64,000 nucleotides of DNA from IMGVR_UViG_3300031884_000002:124001-188000; one strand, 5' to 3'. Shown: positions 37,901 through 48,384, numbered from the stretch's first letter. Made by a program: numbers and translations. The notes: generated by a model not told the origin, from the letters alone.

Positions 37901-39241
37901 TTATTTCATCGGGACAAGCTTCGGGAGGCTTATTTTCTTTAATTTTGGAAGCACAATTGCCGCTTGTCTAGCTATTTCAGGAACATGTTTATCCAATATA
38001 GAATGAAATTGTTTATCCATCTCTTCAACTGAAAATTTAGTAGTATTTTCAATTCGTAATTTTTCAGCTTTATCCAATATATCTTGATTATAATTAAAGA
38101 AATAAGATTTCATTTTTTCAGCCGCTTTATTATAATCAACCACGAACCATTGACTCTCTTTAACAAACCAATCATTTACTACTTCAGCCGGAACTTGTTG
38201 AAGAGTTCCTTCAAAAAAATCAGAATGTTCTGGATTCATATAATCTAAATGACCAGACCAATTTGGTAGAATAGTAGGTTTACCCAATACAGTTCCGGTT
38301 AATCCAGACATACCCCAACTTTCACCGTGACTAAAACTAACAAATACTTTAATTTTATCAGAATTAACCAATGCATTCATTTCAGAATCGGTCAAATCTC
38401 CATAAAACAAATAAACATTAGGAAGTTTAGCATTGGGAAGATTGTGTTTTACCATACTGGTAATATCATTTAATTTATTTACACAATCATGTCTATCTAC
38501 CACTCCTATCTGAGCACCATTCACCTTAAGTATTAAACATGGTGGATTTTCAATTCCGGCGAAGGCTCGAAGAAATGTCTCAATTAATCTACCAGTATCT
38601 TTTCTATCAGAATTACCATTTCCCGACCACATTCCACTATAATAGAAAGCAAATGTTTCTGGTATTTTTACCAATTCTTCTTCAATCGAAGGAAGTTTTT
38701 CATTGGTCTTTTTATAAATAGAAGTATTTATTCCCCATGGCAATACTTCGATTGATTTATTAAATTTCAATGGTTCTTGAGTTCCATTTGGGTTTTTCTT
38801 AACATATTCGGTTTTAAGTGCAACCTCTTTATTAAAATTAGACATAACTATACTCAAGTTAAATCTATTCATTCCCTCAATAAATTGAGGGCTTAATGCA
38901 GAGTTTTCAGTAAGAGCAGAAATACCAATGTTGTAATTTCCATGTGGTTGCCATTCGTTGGGAATACTCACATGAAAATATATGTCTGGTTTTTTATTTA
39001 TATTACCTCTAACAATTAAAGATAATAATTCTTTAGTTTCTGGGTCTTGTGCCAAATCTTCTATACTACGTTGGCCCGTTGCGCCCCAAGGGGTAAGAAC
39101 TATTCCCAATTGATAATCCTTCTTTTTACAATATCGCAAAAGAGATTTACCTATTTCTAATGAATATCTACCATATCCCGACGCAGTTTGCAATGCAGAT
39201 TGGTAAATTACTAATGGTTTATTATTTAATATGTCAGTCAT
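37901..39241 (-). CDS. glycosyltransferase family 4
   Basis: SGYG, DRKD, SHGESWG, WSGHLDY motifs. Confidence 0.85.
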   Translation of the reverse strand: MTDILNNKPLVIYQSALQTASGYGRYSLEIGKSLLRYCKKKDYQLGIVLTPWGATGQRSIEDLAQDPETKELLSLIVRGNINKKPDIYFHVSIPNEWQPHGNYNIGISALTENSALSPQFIEGMNRFNLSIVMSNFNKEVALKTEYVKKNPNGTQEPLKFNKSIEVLPWGINTSIYKKTNEKLPSIEEELVKIPETFAFYYSGMWSGNGNSDRKDTGRLIETFLRAFAGIENPPCLILKVNGAQIGVVDRHDCVNKLNDITSMVKHNLPNAKLPNVYLFYGDLTDSEMNALVNSDKIKVFVSFSHGESWGMSGLTGTVLGKPTILPNWSGHLDYMNPEHSDFFEGTLQQVPAEVVNDWFVKESQWFVVDYNKAAEKMKSYFFNYNQDILDKAEKLRIENTTKFSVEEMDKQFHSILDKHVPEIARQAAIVLPKLKKISLPKLVPMK

Positions 39242-39804
39242 AAACTTTTCATCTTTTCTCGTATTTGTTCCTCATATGGTTTAATATGAGAAATATTTCC
39301 ACCGTGTTTTTTATACTCTTCGATAATATCAGAATTGGTTCGGGGAGGAATTGGTAATGTATTATTATGTGTTACGAATCCCTTAACATTAAGGTCAACT
39401 GCTCCAATAGATTCTTTGGTTATTGATATTATATTTTTATCATATTGTTTCGATAAATCAATTGCCGCATCTAATTTATCAATCGACTTAACTGATGGAA
39501 TTGGTTCTGGTTTAATATCAGTACTTCCAAATCCTTTTTCTGCTCGTTCGGTCTGTGATAATTCATCGACTAATTTAAACTCGTGAACAGTATATGCCGA
39601 AAATATAATTTGAGCCATTTTATCTCCAATATTAATTTTATATGGCTCTTTTCCAAGATTTATTAGAATAACTTTTATTTCTCCACGATAATCGCAGTTA
39701 TGTATTAAAAAATCATTACAAAAAAAATTATGATTATTCTCTACTGTTATATCATATGTCTTTTTTTTAACTTTACTTATTGATTTTATTGTTGATAATT
39801 TCAT
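39238..39804 (-). CDS. dut: split dUTPase, C-part: 36-aa C-intein plus dUTPase motifs III(end)-V
   Basis: MKLSTIKSI...TYDITVENNHNFFCNDFLIHN|CDYRGEI...GDKMAQ...RAEKGFGST. Confidence 0.9.
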   Translation of the reverse strand: MKLSTIKSISKVKKKTYDITVENNHNFFCNDFLIHNCDYRGEIKVILINLGKEPYKINIGDKMAQIIFSAYTVHEFKLVDELSQTERAEKGFGSTDIKPEPIPSVKSIDKLDAAIDLSKQYDKNIISITKESIGAVDLNVKGFVTHNNTLPIPPRTNSDIIEEYKKHGGNISHIKPYEEQIREKMKSL

Positions 39805-40675
39805 TTATTATAGTTTTTAATTCTGTTTTGGAATAACATACATAAAAGTCATTGTTATATTTTAATTTAGCCGCTAATGTTTTTTCTATTAAATTTTTAT
39901 CTGGAAACCCCTTCATCTCAATTACTATTCGTCTTCCTGTATTTAATATCAACTCAAAATCGGGTAAATATCTTCGCATTTTTCCTTCACAATCAATATA
40001 TTCTATCACATCGAAGTTTCTTCGCCAAGTTTTTATATTTTCATTAGAGTCGAATATTGTCATAGCCTCTAACTCCAATCCACTTGCATAAAAAATATTT
40101 TTATAATATCCAGTTTTAAAATGATTAGATACAAAATCCAATTCTCCAGATTTACATTTATCCGCCAATGTTTTGGATATTTTATTCCTCCATATTTCGA
40201 AATTATCTTCGTCTCTAAAATATTTAGTACACCCCCCTTCTTCTCCCCAATATTTATTATAATTTTGCTTCATAAACTCCGAATGCTTTTGTAAATATGG
40301 ATATATTTCTTTCGTCCTTCCAGTTAAGTGTTTTTTATTTTTCTCTCCAATTAACCTAACTCGGTCGTCAATTTCTTTAGTTAGACCAATATTCCAATTT
40401 TTATGACCTTCTTCATATGTTTTTTTAATTATTTTACTCTGTCGTTCTTTTAACTCTGTAGTCCATTTTGTCTTTCGAGAAGCATTAGTTTTATTTCTAT
40501 ATAATGGATTTTTCCAATTTTCCTCCATCATTTTACTTATTCTTTTCTGTTCTTCATCTGAAACGACTGGACCATATGTTTTTTTATAAACATCAACTGA
40601 TAATTTATGAGTTTTAATAATATGGTCTATTAATCTTCTATTTGTCGTATGTCCGCATATTTCACATTTTATCAT
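39773..40675 (-). CDS. free-standing endonuclease (C2H2 finger, TnsA-like PD-(D/E)XK) between the dUTPase halves
   Basis: CEICG...HIIKTH; YASGLE...RYLPDF...IEMKG. Confidence 0.78.
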   Translation of the reverse strand: MIKCEICGHTTNRRLIDHIIKTHKLSVDVYKKTYGPVVSDEEQKRISKMMEENWKNPLYRNKTNASRKTKWTTELKERQSKIIKKTYEEGHKNWNIGLTKEIDDRVRLIGEKNKKHLTGRTKEIYPYLQKHSEFMKQNYNKYWGEEGGCTKYFRDEDNFEIWRNKISKTLADKCKSGELDFVSNHFKTGYYKNIFYASGLELEAMTIFDSNENIKTWRRNFDVIEYIDCEGKMRRYLPDFELILNTGRRIVIEMKGFPDKNLIEKTLAAKLKYNNDFYVCYSKTELKTIINEIINNKINK

Positions 40676-40733
40676 AATATTTCCTTAGTAATCATTATCT
40701 ATGTATAAATAGCGATTACAAAGGGAAAATTCA

Positions 40734-41240
40734 TTAAAAGTGTAATATTTTTTCACCTAATTTTAGTTCGTCGGCACGTTTTATTCCAGTTTCGGTATAT
40801 ACTTGAGTACCCGGTGTTATTTCTATATAATCATCATCAGTTTCTATTGCTAATAATTCTTTATCTCCTAAAGATACTATAGCAGATACAAAATCTCGCT
40901 CCAATTCTAAATTTTCATTAACTGAATATACAATATCATTTATTCTCAATTCTTCTATAAATTTTTGACCCTTTTCAGTCTTAATAGTACAATCCCCCGA
41001 AAAACAATCTATCGTGCCACCTAACACATCAATCCCATTTTTAAAAGATAATCCACTGCGGGGAGATATTCTTCCAAATAATCCCGTTGGAATTGCTATA
41101 TTTATACCAGTTTTAAACAGTTTTCGTTCCAATGGCTGGAGTTCATAACTTTCAATACTATATAAGTCATATCCTGCGGCATATGATGTTCCTCTAGTTG
41201 GAACAACCGCATTTACATCTGTCTTTTTAAGTTCAATCAT
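40734..41240 (-). CDS. dut: split dUTPase, N-part: dUTPase motifs I-III plus 90-aa N-intein
   Basis: AAGYDL, PRSGLS, GGTID|CFSGDCTI...RADELKLGEKI; stop TAA; ATG 41240 follows a TTGAAT/TATACT promoter. Confidence 0.9.
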   Translation of the reverse strand: MIELKKTDVNAVVPTRGTSYAAGYDLYSIESYELQPLERKLFKTGINIAIPTGLFGRISPRSGLSFKNGIDVLGGTIDCFSGDCTIKTEKGQKFIEELRINDIVYSVNENLELERDFVSAIVSLGDKELLAIETDDDYIEITPGTQVYTETGIKRADELKLGEKILHF

Positions 41241-41272
41241 ATTCACATAGTATAACCATTTTGTGAAAACAT

Positions 41273-42289
41273 TCAACTTTTTATAGAATGTGTCTCATTT
41301 TTAATACTTTCTATTTTAGATTTCATTTCATCTCTATCAATTTTGGGTATTTCAAATCCAACTTGTTCTCTGGTTGTGATATTACCAATATAATCTTTAA
41401 TTGAAAATACTCCAAATGACTTTGGTTTAACCCAATTAGAAAATACAAACTCCATAGTAGTAATAAACTCTTTACCCATTCTTTTTTCCGAGAGACCCGT
41501 TGAACTTAACATCCATTCTCTTCCTTCTTTTCCATAATGTTCTCTGGTTTTATGGGGTGTCATATACCAATACATAAATCCAACTCCAAAATCTTCCCAT
41601 CTTGTCATTTCATCAAATATGTAAGGAGTAGGAGGGCTTCCTTGAACGTAACGGGCTACTGGATATACTGGATACGCCCATCGTCCACATTTCTTAACTT
41701 TACCATCACTATTACTTCCCCAATTTCCGGTAAACTCAATTTGATTTCCATTATCATCCACGAAGTTCATCTGGTCCTGAAGACCTCCAGTTACAGTTGC
41801 AATAATAGGAGTTCCTGCCATTATACTTTCAGCCGTTGATAATCCGAATCCTTCACTTGAAGACGCACACACAGTAACATCAACGCTATTATATAACAAG
41901 TTCAATTCTTCGGGCGAAACCTTACCGGGAGAAAATATAATATTGTAATTAGGACATAATGCTTCTTTTACTGCAATATTATTAGTTCCGGCATCTAAAA
42001 TTATTTCCGAGTGAATAATAAACAAACACTTGGATGCTTCTTCTTTAGTTAAACTGTCACAAAATTGTCTATATGCTAGAATTGCATTGCTTATTCGTTT
42101 TCGGTTAATATTTCTAGAATTTAAAAATAGAACGAAATTATAATCTTTTCCTTGAAATAATTTACGTTTAAACTCTATTAACTTTGGATCGGTTGCCGCT
42201 ACCGGATGAAAAGTTTCCGATGAAATCCCATGTGGGACATGGTGAATAAGCTTCTTATTTATAATTTTCCCATTTATTTTATATGACAT
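41273..42289 (-). CDS. glycosyltransferase family 4, C-terminal part
   Basis: Begins at VPHGI; NSRNINRK, SSEGFGL, TGGLQDQ. Confidence 0.85.
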   Translation of the reverse strand: MSYKINGKIINKKLIHHVPHGISSETFHPVAATDPKLIEFKRKLFQGKDYNFVLFLNSRNINRKRISNAILAYRQFCDSLTKEEASKCLFIIHSEIILDAGTNNIAVKEALCPNYNIIFSPGKVSPEELNLLYNSVDVTVCASSSEGFGLSTAESIMAGTPIIATVTGGLQDQMNFVDDNGNQIEFTGNWGSNSDGKVKKCGRWAYPVYPVARYVQGSPPTPYIFDEMTRWEDFGVGFMYWYMTPHKTREHYGKEGREWMLSSTGLSEKRMGKEFITTMEFVFSNWVKPKSFGVFSIKDYIGNITTREQVGFEIPKIDRDEMKSKIESIKNETHSIKS

Positions 42290-42293
42290 ATAT

Positions 42294-42491
42294 TTAATGT
42301 TTTAATTTATCATTTTCAAGTTTATCAAAAAATTCATTAGTTTCGTCGTTTGGATGTTTAGAATTTATAATATAAACTTTATCTTTTGTATCCTCAAAAT
42401 ATTCAGATGCGGGTCTAATTCCATCTTCTAAAGATAAACTTTCTATCTGACCTGTTATTTTATTATATTTACTTGATGTTATATTTATCAT
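42294..42491 (-). CDS. hypothetical protein
   Basis: 65-aa ORF. Confidence 0.5.
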   Translation of the reverse strand: MINITSSKYNKITGQIESLSLEDGIRPASEYFEDTKDKVYIINSKHPNDETNEFFDKLENDKLKH

Positions 42492-42700
42492 AATTTATTT
42501 ATAAATGTTCTATGTTCTTTTAATGTTATAATCTTTCCATTTCCTTTATCTAAAGTTTCTATATGGGTATAATTTATATTTTCGAGTGCTATTTTCACTA
42601 ACCATTTCGACATATTATATGCATTTTCATCACAGTATTTTTTAATTCTATCAAAATCTTCTTTATCTATATTCACTACTCTTTTTTCACTTGTTTTCAT
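42488..42700 (-). CDS. ribbon-helix-helix-like protein
   Basis: KRVVNIDKEDFDRIKKYCDENAYNMSKWL. Confidence 0.55.
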   Translation of the reverse strand: MKTSEKRVVNIDKEDFDRIKKYCDENAYNMSKWLVKIALENINYTHIETLDKGNGKIITLKEHRTFINKL

Positions 42701-43337
42701 AATATTCATTTATAATAGATTGAAGATGTTCCGTCTTATTTCCTATACTTGAATCTACTTTTTTAATTTTTTTAAGTTTATCATCTATCCTATAAAATTC
42801 ACATTTTGTATTTTCCAAAATATAATTTTGACGTATTATATCTTTTATTTTTGATTTTGTTTTATTGTGATGGGACTCATCCCATTCAATAATTACTTTT
42901 AGAGTTGGTTCATAATAATCCAAAAAATATCTATATATTCTATATTCTCCATTATTTTTTCCATGTCTTCCATTCCATTTTAGTTTTTCATTTAAGTAAT
43001 TAAAAAAATCACATGCTCTGGAATTTACAGATACTCTCGTTTTTCCATTCAATACATTTCGTATCATCACTTGTCTATGTTTCTCTTTATATTCCGGCGT
43101 ATTCATAGAATCTACCCAAATTTTTGATTTTTTATGTCCGGTTGCTATATTTTTTCTCCATTCATCCGAAAATGGAGGTCGTGGCTTGCCTTTCAATTTT
43201 TTTGATTGTGATATTAATTTACATTCCCAACATTCTCGTTTAATATTGCGATTAGCGTAATATGAACCTCGTGTTTTATAATATCTTATTTTATTACATG
43301 TAGGACAATTATCAAAATATTTTATTTCTTCACTCAT
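42687..43337 (-). CDS. free-standing endonuclease (Vsr/DUF559-like)
   Basis: CPTC; YFLDYY...IIEWDESHH...KDIIRQ...CEFYRI. Confidence 0.75.
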   Translation of the reverse strand: MSEEIKYFDNCPTCNKIRYYKTRGSYYANRNIKRECWECKLISQSKKLKGKPRPPFSDEWRKNIATGHKKSKIWVDSMNTPEYKEKHRQVMIRNVLNGKTRVSVNSRACDFFNYLNEKLKWNGRHGKNNGEYRIYRYFLDYYEPTLKVIIEWDESHHNKTKSKIKDIIRQNYILENTKCEFYRIDDKLKKIKKVDSSIGNKTEHLQSIINEYYENK

Positions 43338-43384
43338 ACATTATAAATATAACGAAAAAATAGAAAACATTAAAAAAAATAAAA

Positions 43385-43939
43385 TTAAATAAACTTTATT
43401 AGATTTCCATCGGCATCAAATTCACCATCTATAGATAAACAATTCAACGGATCACACGTCCATTTATGAAGATTATGTGTCTGCTTACTTATTCCAAATA
43501 ACCCATCACATGAATCATAAAAAGGTCTATTCCAAATAGGATATGGCAGCGCATCCCATATACTCCAATAAACTATAGGAATACCCATAGAATGAATAGC
43601 GGCTTCAACATTAAAAAGCCACCCATAAAATCTTGGGTCTGTAATCATGCATATCGCATTTGGCTTTTCCATTTCAATTACCTGAAAAAGAATATTTGCA
43701 TCTCCATATCCATGTGTAGAATATATTTTGGCATAGGAATCTTTAATATTTAATTCGTGATTAAATACAGGGGAAATATCAGCTACTTTTCCCGCTTCTG
43801 GATGTTGACTGGCTCCTCCTATCATCGCCCAATCATATTTATGTATTGTTTGTTTTACTAATTCTTTAGAGGCACATGCTACGCCAGAAAAGAATCTTAT
43901 ATCATCTCCAATAAGTAATATTTTTTGTTTTTTATCCAT
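43385..43939 (-). CDS. glycosyltransferase family 4, N-terminal part
   Basis: KILLIGDD.RFFSGVA, TDPRF, WDALPYP, CDGLFGISKQT. Confidence 0.75.
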   Translation of the reverse strand: MDKKQKILLIGDDIRFFSGVACASKELVKQTIHKYDWAMIGGASQHPEAGKVADISPVFNHELNIKDSYAKIYSTHGYGDANILFQVIEMEKPNAICMITDPRFYGWLFNVEAAIHSMGIPIVYWSIWDALPYPIWNRPFYDSCDGLFGISKQTHNLHKWTCDPLNCLSIDGEFDADGNLIKFI

Positions 43940-44203
43940 AATTTTTATTTTTTATAACTTCCAGATAATTCTGCATTAATGTGAATAACACATATTTTTC
44001 CTATCCATTTTCCTATAATAAAAGAATGAGGCTCACAAAACTCTGCAATTTTTTTGTAATATATATCGGGGATGGCAACCATGTGCCGATCTTCTTTATT
44101 ACTTGGACTTTTCTTCATACATGTTATACATATAAGCGAATTGTAAAAAAATGTAAAATATTTTAAACTTTAGTTTTTTTCAATGATATTTATATCAAGT
44201 TAC

Positions 44204-44857
44204 ATGAATACAATAAATAAAAATATGAATGAAATATATGATAATACCTATTACGAATGCGGTTTGAAAACAGGAATCAGTCTATATACAAATTATAGAT
44301 GGATTCCAGAAGTAAGTTTTCCTATAGCCCATACTATAATAGAAAAAATAAAAATAAATGAAAATAACACTATCCTTGATTTTGGATGTGCCAAGGGATT
44401 TTTAGTAAAGGCATTTAGGATGTTAAATGCGTCAGCATATGGAGTTGATATTAGCCAGTATGCTATAGAAAACTGTGATCCTTATTGTAAAGATTATTTA
44501 AAACATATAAACAATATAGAAGAAATTTCTAATATATTCAATTTTAAATTTGATTTAGTAATTGCTAAAGATGTATTTGAGCATATTCCATATGAAGCCA
44601 TTGATGATACTATAAAAACATTAAAAGAAAATAGCAAAAAACTATTCGTGGTAGTTCCATTGGGCGATAATAACAAATATATTATACCAGATTATGAATT
44701 AGATAAAACCCATATTATTAAAGAAAACTTAAATTGGTGGAAAACAAAATTTAAAAATGCAGGATATAAAAACATAATTAGTAAATACTATATCAAAGGA
44801 ATAAAAGATAATTGGTCATTCGAAAAACATGGAAATGGGTTTTTTATATGTCAATAA
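44204..44857 (+). CDS. class I SAM-dependent methyltransferase
   Basis: ILDFGCAKG, GVDISQYA, DVFEHI. Confidence 0.85.
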   Translation: MNTINKNMNEIYDNTYYECGLKTGISLYTNYRWIPEVSFPIAHTIIEKIKINENNTILDFGCAKGFLVKAFRMLNASAYGVDISQYAIENCDPYCKDYLKHINNIEEISNIFNFKFDLVIAKDVFEHIPYEAIDDTIKTLKENSKKLFVVVPLGDNNKYIIPDYELDKTHIIKENLNWWKTKFKNAGYKNIISKYYIKGIKDNWSFEKHGNGFFICQ

Positions 44858-45846
44858 TAAAACATAAAAAAATTAAACTATATTCGTTCGGAGCTAAAAT
44901 AAATAATAATCAATCGAATATAACATTTTTTGATTGTCATTGCATACCGCATTTAATAGATACTCTTAAAACAAAGGGATATGAAATAGAATGGTTAAAT
45001 CTTAGTGGAGATGGATCATTTACATATAACAACGATTGTAACGTATTGATAAATCAAGGATCGTTTAACATATTCGAGTTTGAAGATAAAACATTTAAAA
45101 CATGGGACTGTGGAGATCACCCAAGTCTATCATTGAAATTATGCAAATCCAAAAATTTCATAGGAGCAGCAATTGGACAATATAATAAACAATTATGGGA
45201 TGATAATATAAAAATTAAAATTTTAAGAGATAATATTAAACCAGGTGTTCATACTGAATTGCATTGGCAATTTGGTGATAACAATTATAAAGATATCTAT
45301 TTATATAGAAATCAAATAAAGTTGGACGAAAGATTATTATGGAGAGGAAGTTTATATGAAGATCGACCAGATATAAACGAATTTAAAGGAAGACAATTTA
45401 TAATAAAACTAAAAGAAAAACTAAAAGAAAAATTTATATTTGGATATTTTAGAATTCCATTTGATGAATATATAAAAGAATCTATTAATTATAAACTTGT
45501 ATTATGCAGTGGAGTTGGGGGAGGATATTCATGTGGAGATTATTGTTTCAGAGATGCTGATATGTATGCATTAGGGATTCCAACCATAAGACCCAAATAT
45601 GCTATCGAAACATATATTCCATTAATTCCAGATTACCATTACATATCAGTAGATCCCGAATTTGATGAAAGTTTTAAATATAAAAACCATGATAAAATTG
45701 CTGATAAAATAATTAAACGGTATAATGAAACTATAAATGATGACGAATATTTAAAATATATTGCAAACAATGCAAGAAAATGGTATAATGATAGCATCGT
45801 ATATCCTAACATTATAGAAAATATAATAAAATCATTAGATTTATGA
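44848..45846 (+). CDS. putative glycosyltransferase (GT-B-like)
   Basis: LLWRGS, CFRD..MYALG, YIANNARKWY; glycan-cluster context. Confidence 0.5.
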   Translation: MSIIKHKKIKLYSFGAKINNNQSNITFFDCHCIPHLIDTLKTKGYEIEWLNLSGDGSFTYNNDCNVLINQGSFNIFEFEDKTFKTWDCGDHPSLSLKLCKSKNFIGAAIGQYNKQLWDDNIKIKILRDNIKPGVHTELHWQFGDNNYKDIYLYRNQIKLDERLLWRGSLYEDRPDINEFKGRQFIIKLKEKLKEKFIFGYFRIPFDEYIKESINYKLVLCSGVGGGYSCGDYCFRDADMYALGIPTIRPKYAIETYIPLIPDYHYISVDPEFDESFKYKNHDKIADKIIKRYNETINDDEYLKYIANNARKWYNDSIVYPNIIENIIKSLDL

Positions 45847-46700
45847 ATAAAAAAGATTTAATAGTTACAACTATAAGTGAAAACTACAATTGGGTAGATA
45901 TTAAAAATTGGATTGTATCTCTTAAAAAAACATCATATTCTGGTGATATATTAGCAATTTGTTACAATTTCAAAGAAGGAAGTGAATATATTAAAAAATT
46001 ACAAGAGCATAATATAATTGTGTTGTGTCCTACTAACACTTATAGAGGAACCGAAGAAAAAAATTTCCTATGGCATTCGGGTTATGTTAATCCTCAAAAT
46101 GCCAATATTTTAATTCATAATATTCGTTTATTCCATTTGTGGCAATATTTTGTAGAAACAGGAGATGATGTTAATTATGATAGAATAATTTTCACCGATG
46201 GAAGAGATGTGGTATTTCAGAGAAATCCATCTGAATGGTTGGATAAGAATATGACTAAAGACATTTTAATTCCGTCCGAAGGAGTGTTATATGACAACGA
46301 ACCTTGGAATAAGAACGAAGCATTAACAAATTATGGTCCATATATTTATGAATATATTCTTAAAAATAAACCAGCTTGTAATGCCGGTACTTTTGCCTGT
46401 AAAACTTCGATATGTAGAGATTTTTTACTTATTAAATATTTAATGGTTAATAACATAGGACACGCCCATCAATCTTGTTTTAATATTATAACCAATACAT
46501 TACTCAAGGATAAATGTCAATGGGTAGATTATAAAGATTTATGGGCGTTACAAATTGGAGCAATTGTTAATGAACTTGATAAACATTCATATGTTAAGGA
46601 TAACATTGTATATTGTAAATATAAAAACGAACCATATTATTTAGTTCATCAATATGATAGAGTTCCATCTATGAAAGCATATTACGATAATAATTTATGA
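45843..46700 (+). CDS. GT-A fold nucleotide-sugar transferase
   Basis: FTDGRDVVFQ, CNAG, VHQYDR. Confidence 0.7.
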   Translation: MNKKDLIVTTISENYNWVDIKNWIVSLKKTSYSGDILAICYNFKEGSEYIKKLQEHNIIVLCPTNTYRGTEEKNFLWHSGYVNPQNANILIHNIRLFHLWQYFVETGDDVNYDRIIFTDGRDVVFQRNPSEWLDKNMTKDILIPSEGVLYDNEPWNKNEALTNYGPYIYEYILKNKPACNAGTFACKTSICRDFLLIKYLMVNNIGHAHQSCFNIITNTLLKDKCQWVDYKDLWALQIGAIVNELDKHSYVKDNIVYCKYKNEPYYLVHQYDRVPSMKAYYDNNL

Positions 46701-47992
46701 GTTTACAACACACATATCAAAACATACTTGGGTTTTTTAATTTCCAAGATATTTATCTGGACCAAATAAATAAGGCAAACAACGGATATAAATTTGTAGA
46801 AATTGGTTCTTTACTTGGTAAAAGTTCCGCTTTTATGGGAGTAGAAATTAAAAACTCTGGCAAAAAAATACAATTTGATTGTGTTGATTTCTGGGATGTT
46901 AGGGGAGTAAAAGAATTGGAAAAACCGGGAGACCAGACAGGATTATGTTATTCAGTTGATGGTGATGATATATTATTCGTTAAATTTAACGAAAATATGA
47001 AATTGGCTAATATAGATGATATTATAAATACTCACAGAATGTCTTCTATTGATGCTTCTAAGTTATACGAAGATGAATCATTGGATTTTGTGTTTATTGA
47101 TGCCAGTCACGAATATATTGATGTAAAGGCAGATTTAGAACATTGGTTTCAAAAAGTTAAATGGGGAAGAACCATCGCAGGGCATGATTATGATTGGGCC
47201 GGTGTTAAACAAGCAGTAGATGAGTTTTTCGGAGCAGAAAATATTACAGCATCCGGAACCAGTTGGATATATCATAAACCAAAATATAAATATTCAATCA
47301 TTATATCATATAGAGACAGAGAAGAACATTTACAAACATTATTACCGGTTCTACAAGATAGATTTAAAAGAGTTAAATATGAAATTATAATAAGTGAACA
47401 GAATGATGCTGAATTATTTAAACAGAATGTATTATATAATGTAGCCACATTAAATTCTACCGGAGACGTTTTAATATTCCACGATGTTGATTATATTCCA
47501 TCGGAAAATGTAAATTATTTAGTCAATGATTTAAATACTCCAGTATATCCAATAACCAATGTTATTTTTTTAGATAAAGATGGAAATGAATTGGATATGG
47601 AACAAGTTCCAGCCGGATACAGAATATTTAAAACGGATGCCTCTAATTTTCATGGTGGTGTATTTACATTAACTCGTCCAATATATGATAAAATGAATGG
47701 ATTAAATCCTTGTTTTGCGGGATGGGGATGTCCCGATGTGGATACACGAGAACGAGTAAAAGAAGCAGGATTTATATGGAAACGAAATCCAATTGGTGTA
47801 TTTTTTGCACTATACCATAAAAACCGAGACCCCGGTGTAAATGACGAAGCGGAAGTAAAAAATAGAAGTATGGCTTATAATAGACCATTAAGTATTACAA
47901 AAGGAAAAGATGATTTCTCATATACACTTGAGAAATTTGAAAGTGGCATTCCAAATGTTATATGGTTAAAAATATCTAATATAAAAATATGA
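46697..47992 (+). CDS. methyltransferase (Methyltransf_24) fused to a GT7 galactosyltransferase-like domain
   Basis: VEIGS..GKS, FIDASHEY, GHDY; then YRDREEHL, FHDVD, GWG. Confidence 0.82.
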   Translation: MSLQHTYQNILGFFNFQDIYLDQINKANNGYKFVEIGSLLGKSSAFMGVEIKNSGKKIQFDCVDFWDVRGVKELEKPGDQTGLCYSVDGDDILFVKFNENMKLANIDDIINTHRMSSIDASKLYEDESLDFVFIDASHEYIDVKADLEHWFQKVKWGRTIAGHDYDWAGVKQAVDEFFGAENITASGTSWIYHKPKYKYSIIISYRDREEHLQTLLPVLQDRFKRVKYEIIISEQNDAELFKQNVLYNVATLNSTGDVLIFHDVDYIPSENVNYLVNDLNTPVYPITNVIFLDKDGNELDMEQVPAGYRIFKTDASNFHGGVFTLTRPIYDKMNGLNPCFAGWGCPDVDTRERVKEAGFIWKRNPIGVFFALYHKNRDPGVNDEAEVKNRSMAYNRPLSITKGKDDFSYTLEKFESGIPNVIWLKISNIKI

Positions 47993-48384
47993 ATATAGAA
48001 GTATCAACTGGCGAAATATTTGACAAAGTTACTATATTAGAAGTTAAACTGATGAATATTCCAGTAAGCGAAGAATATAAATTAGAAAATGTAAAAAAAG
48101 AATATGAAAAATTAAAGTTTATATATGAAGTTACCGATTATCATACAAATAATGAATTACATGATTTAGTCGCCGCATTATTCAATACAAACTCTACGCT
48201 ATGGCATATAGAAGATAACTTAAGAATTAAAGAAAAAAATAAAGAGTTTGATAATGATTTTATTCAATTGGCAAGGTCAGTATATTTTACCAATGATAAA
48301 CGAGCAAATATCAAAAAAGAAATAAATAAACTTACTAAATCAGAGTTAATAGAAGAAAAAAGTTACGAAAAATATACAATATAA
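47989..48384 (+). CDS. DUF6165-like protein
   Basis: VSTGEIFDKVTILE, LWHIED, ARSVYFTNDKRA, EEKSY. Confidence 0.75.
   Translation: MNIEVSTGEIFDKVTILEVKLMNIPVSEEYKLENVKKEYEKLKFIYEVTDYHTNNELHDLVAALFNTNSTLWHIEDNLRIKEKNKEFDNDFIQLARSVYFTNDKRANIKKEINKLTKSELIEEKSYEKYTI

Noticed and set aside
39805-40733. Group I intron or stop read-through joining the dUTPase halves
   Set aside because: The N-gene ends in TAA, the gap is filled by an ORF with no room for a ribozyme core, and the C-intein has its own ATG.
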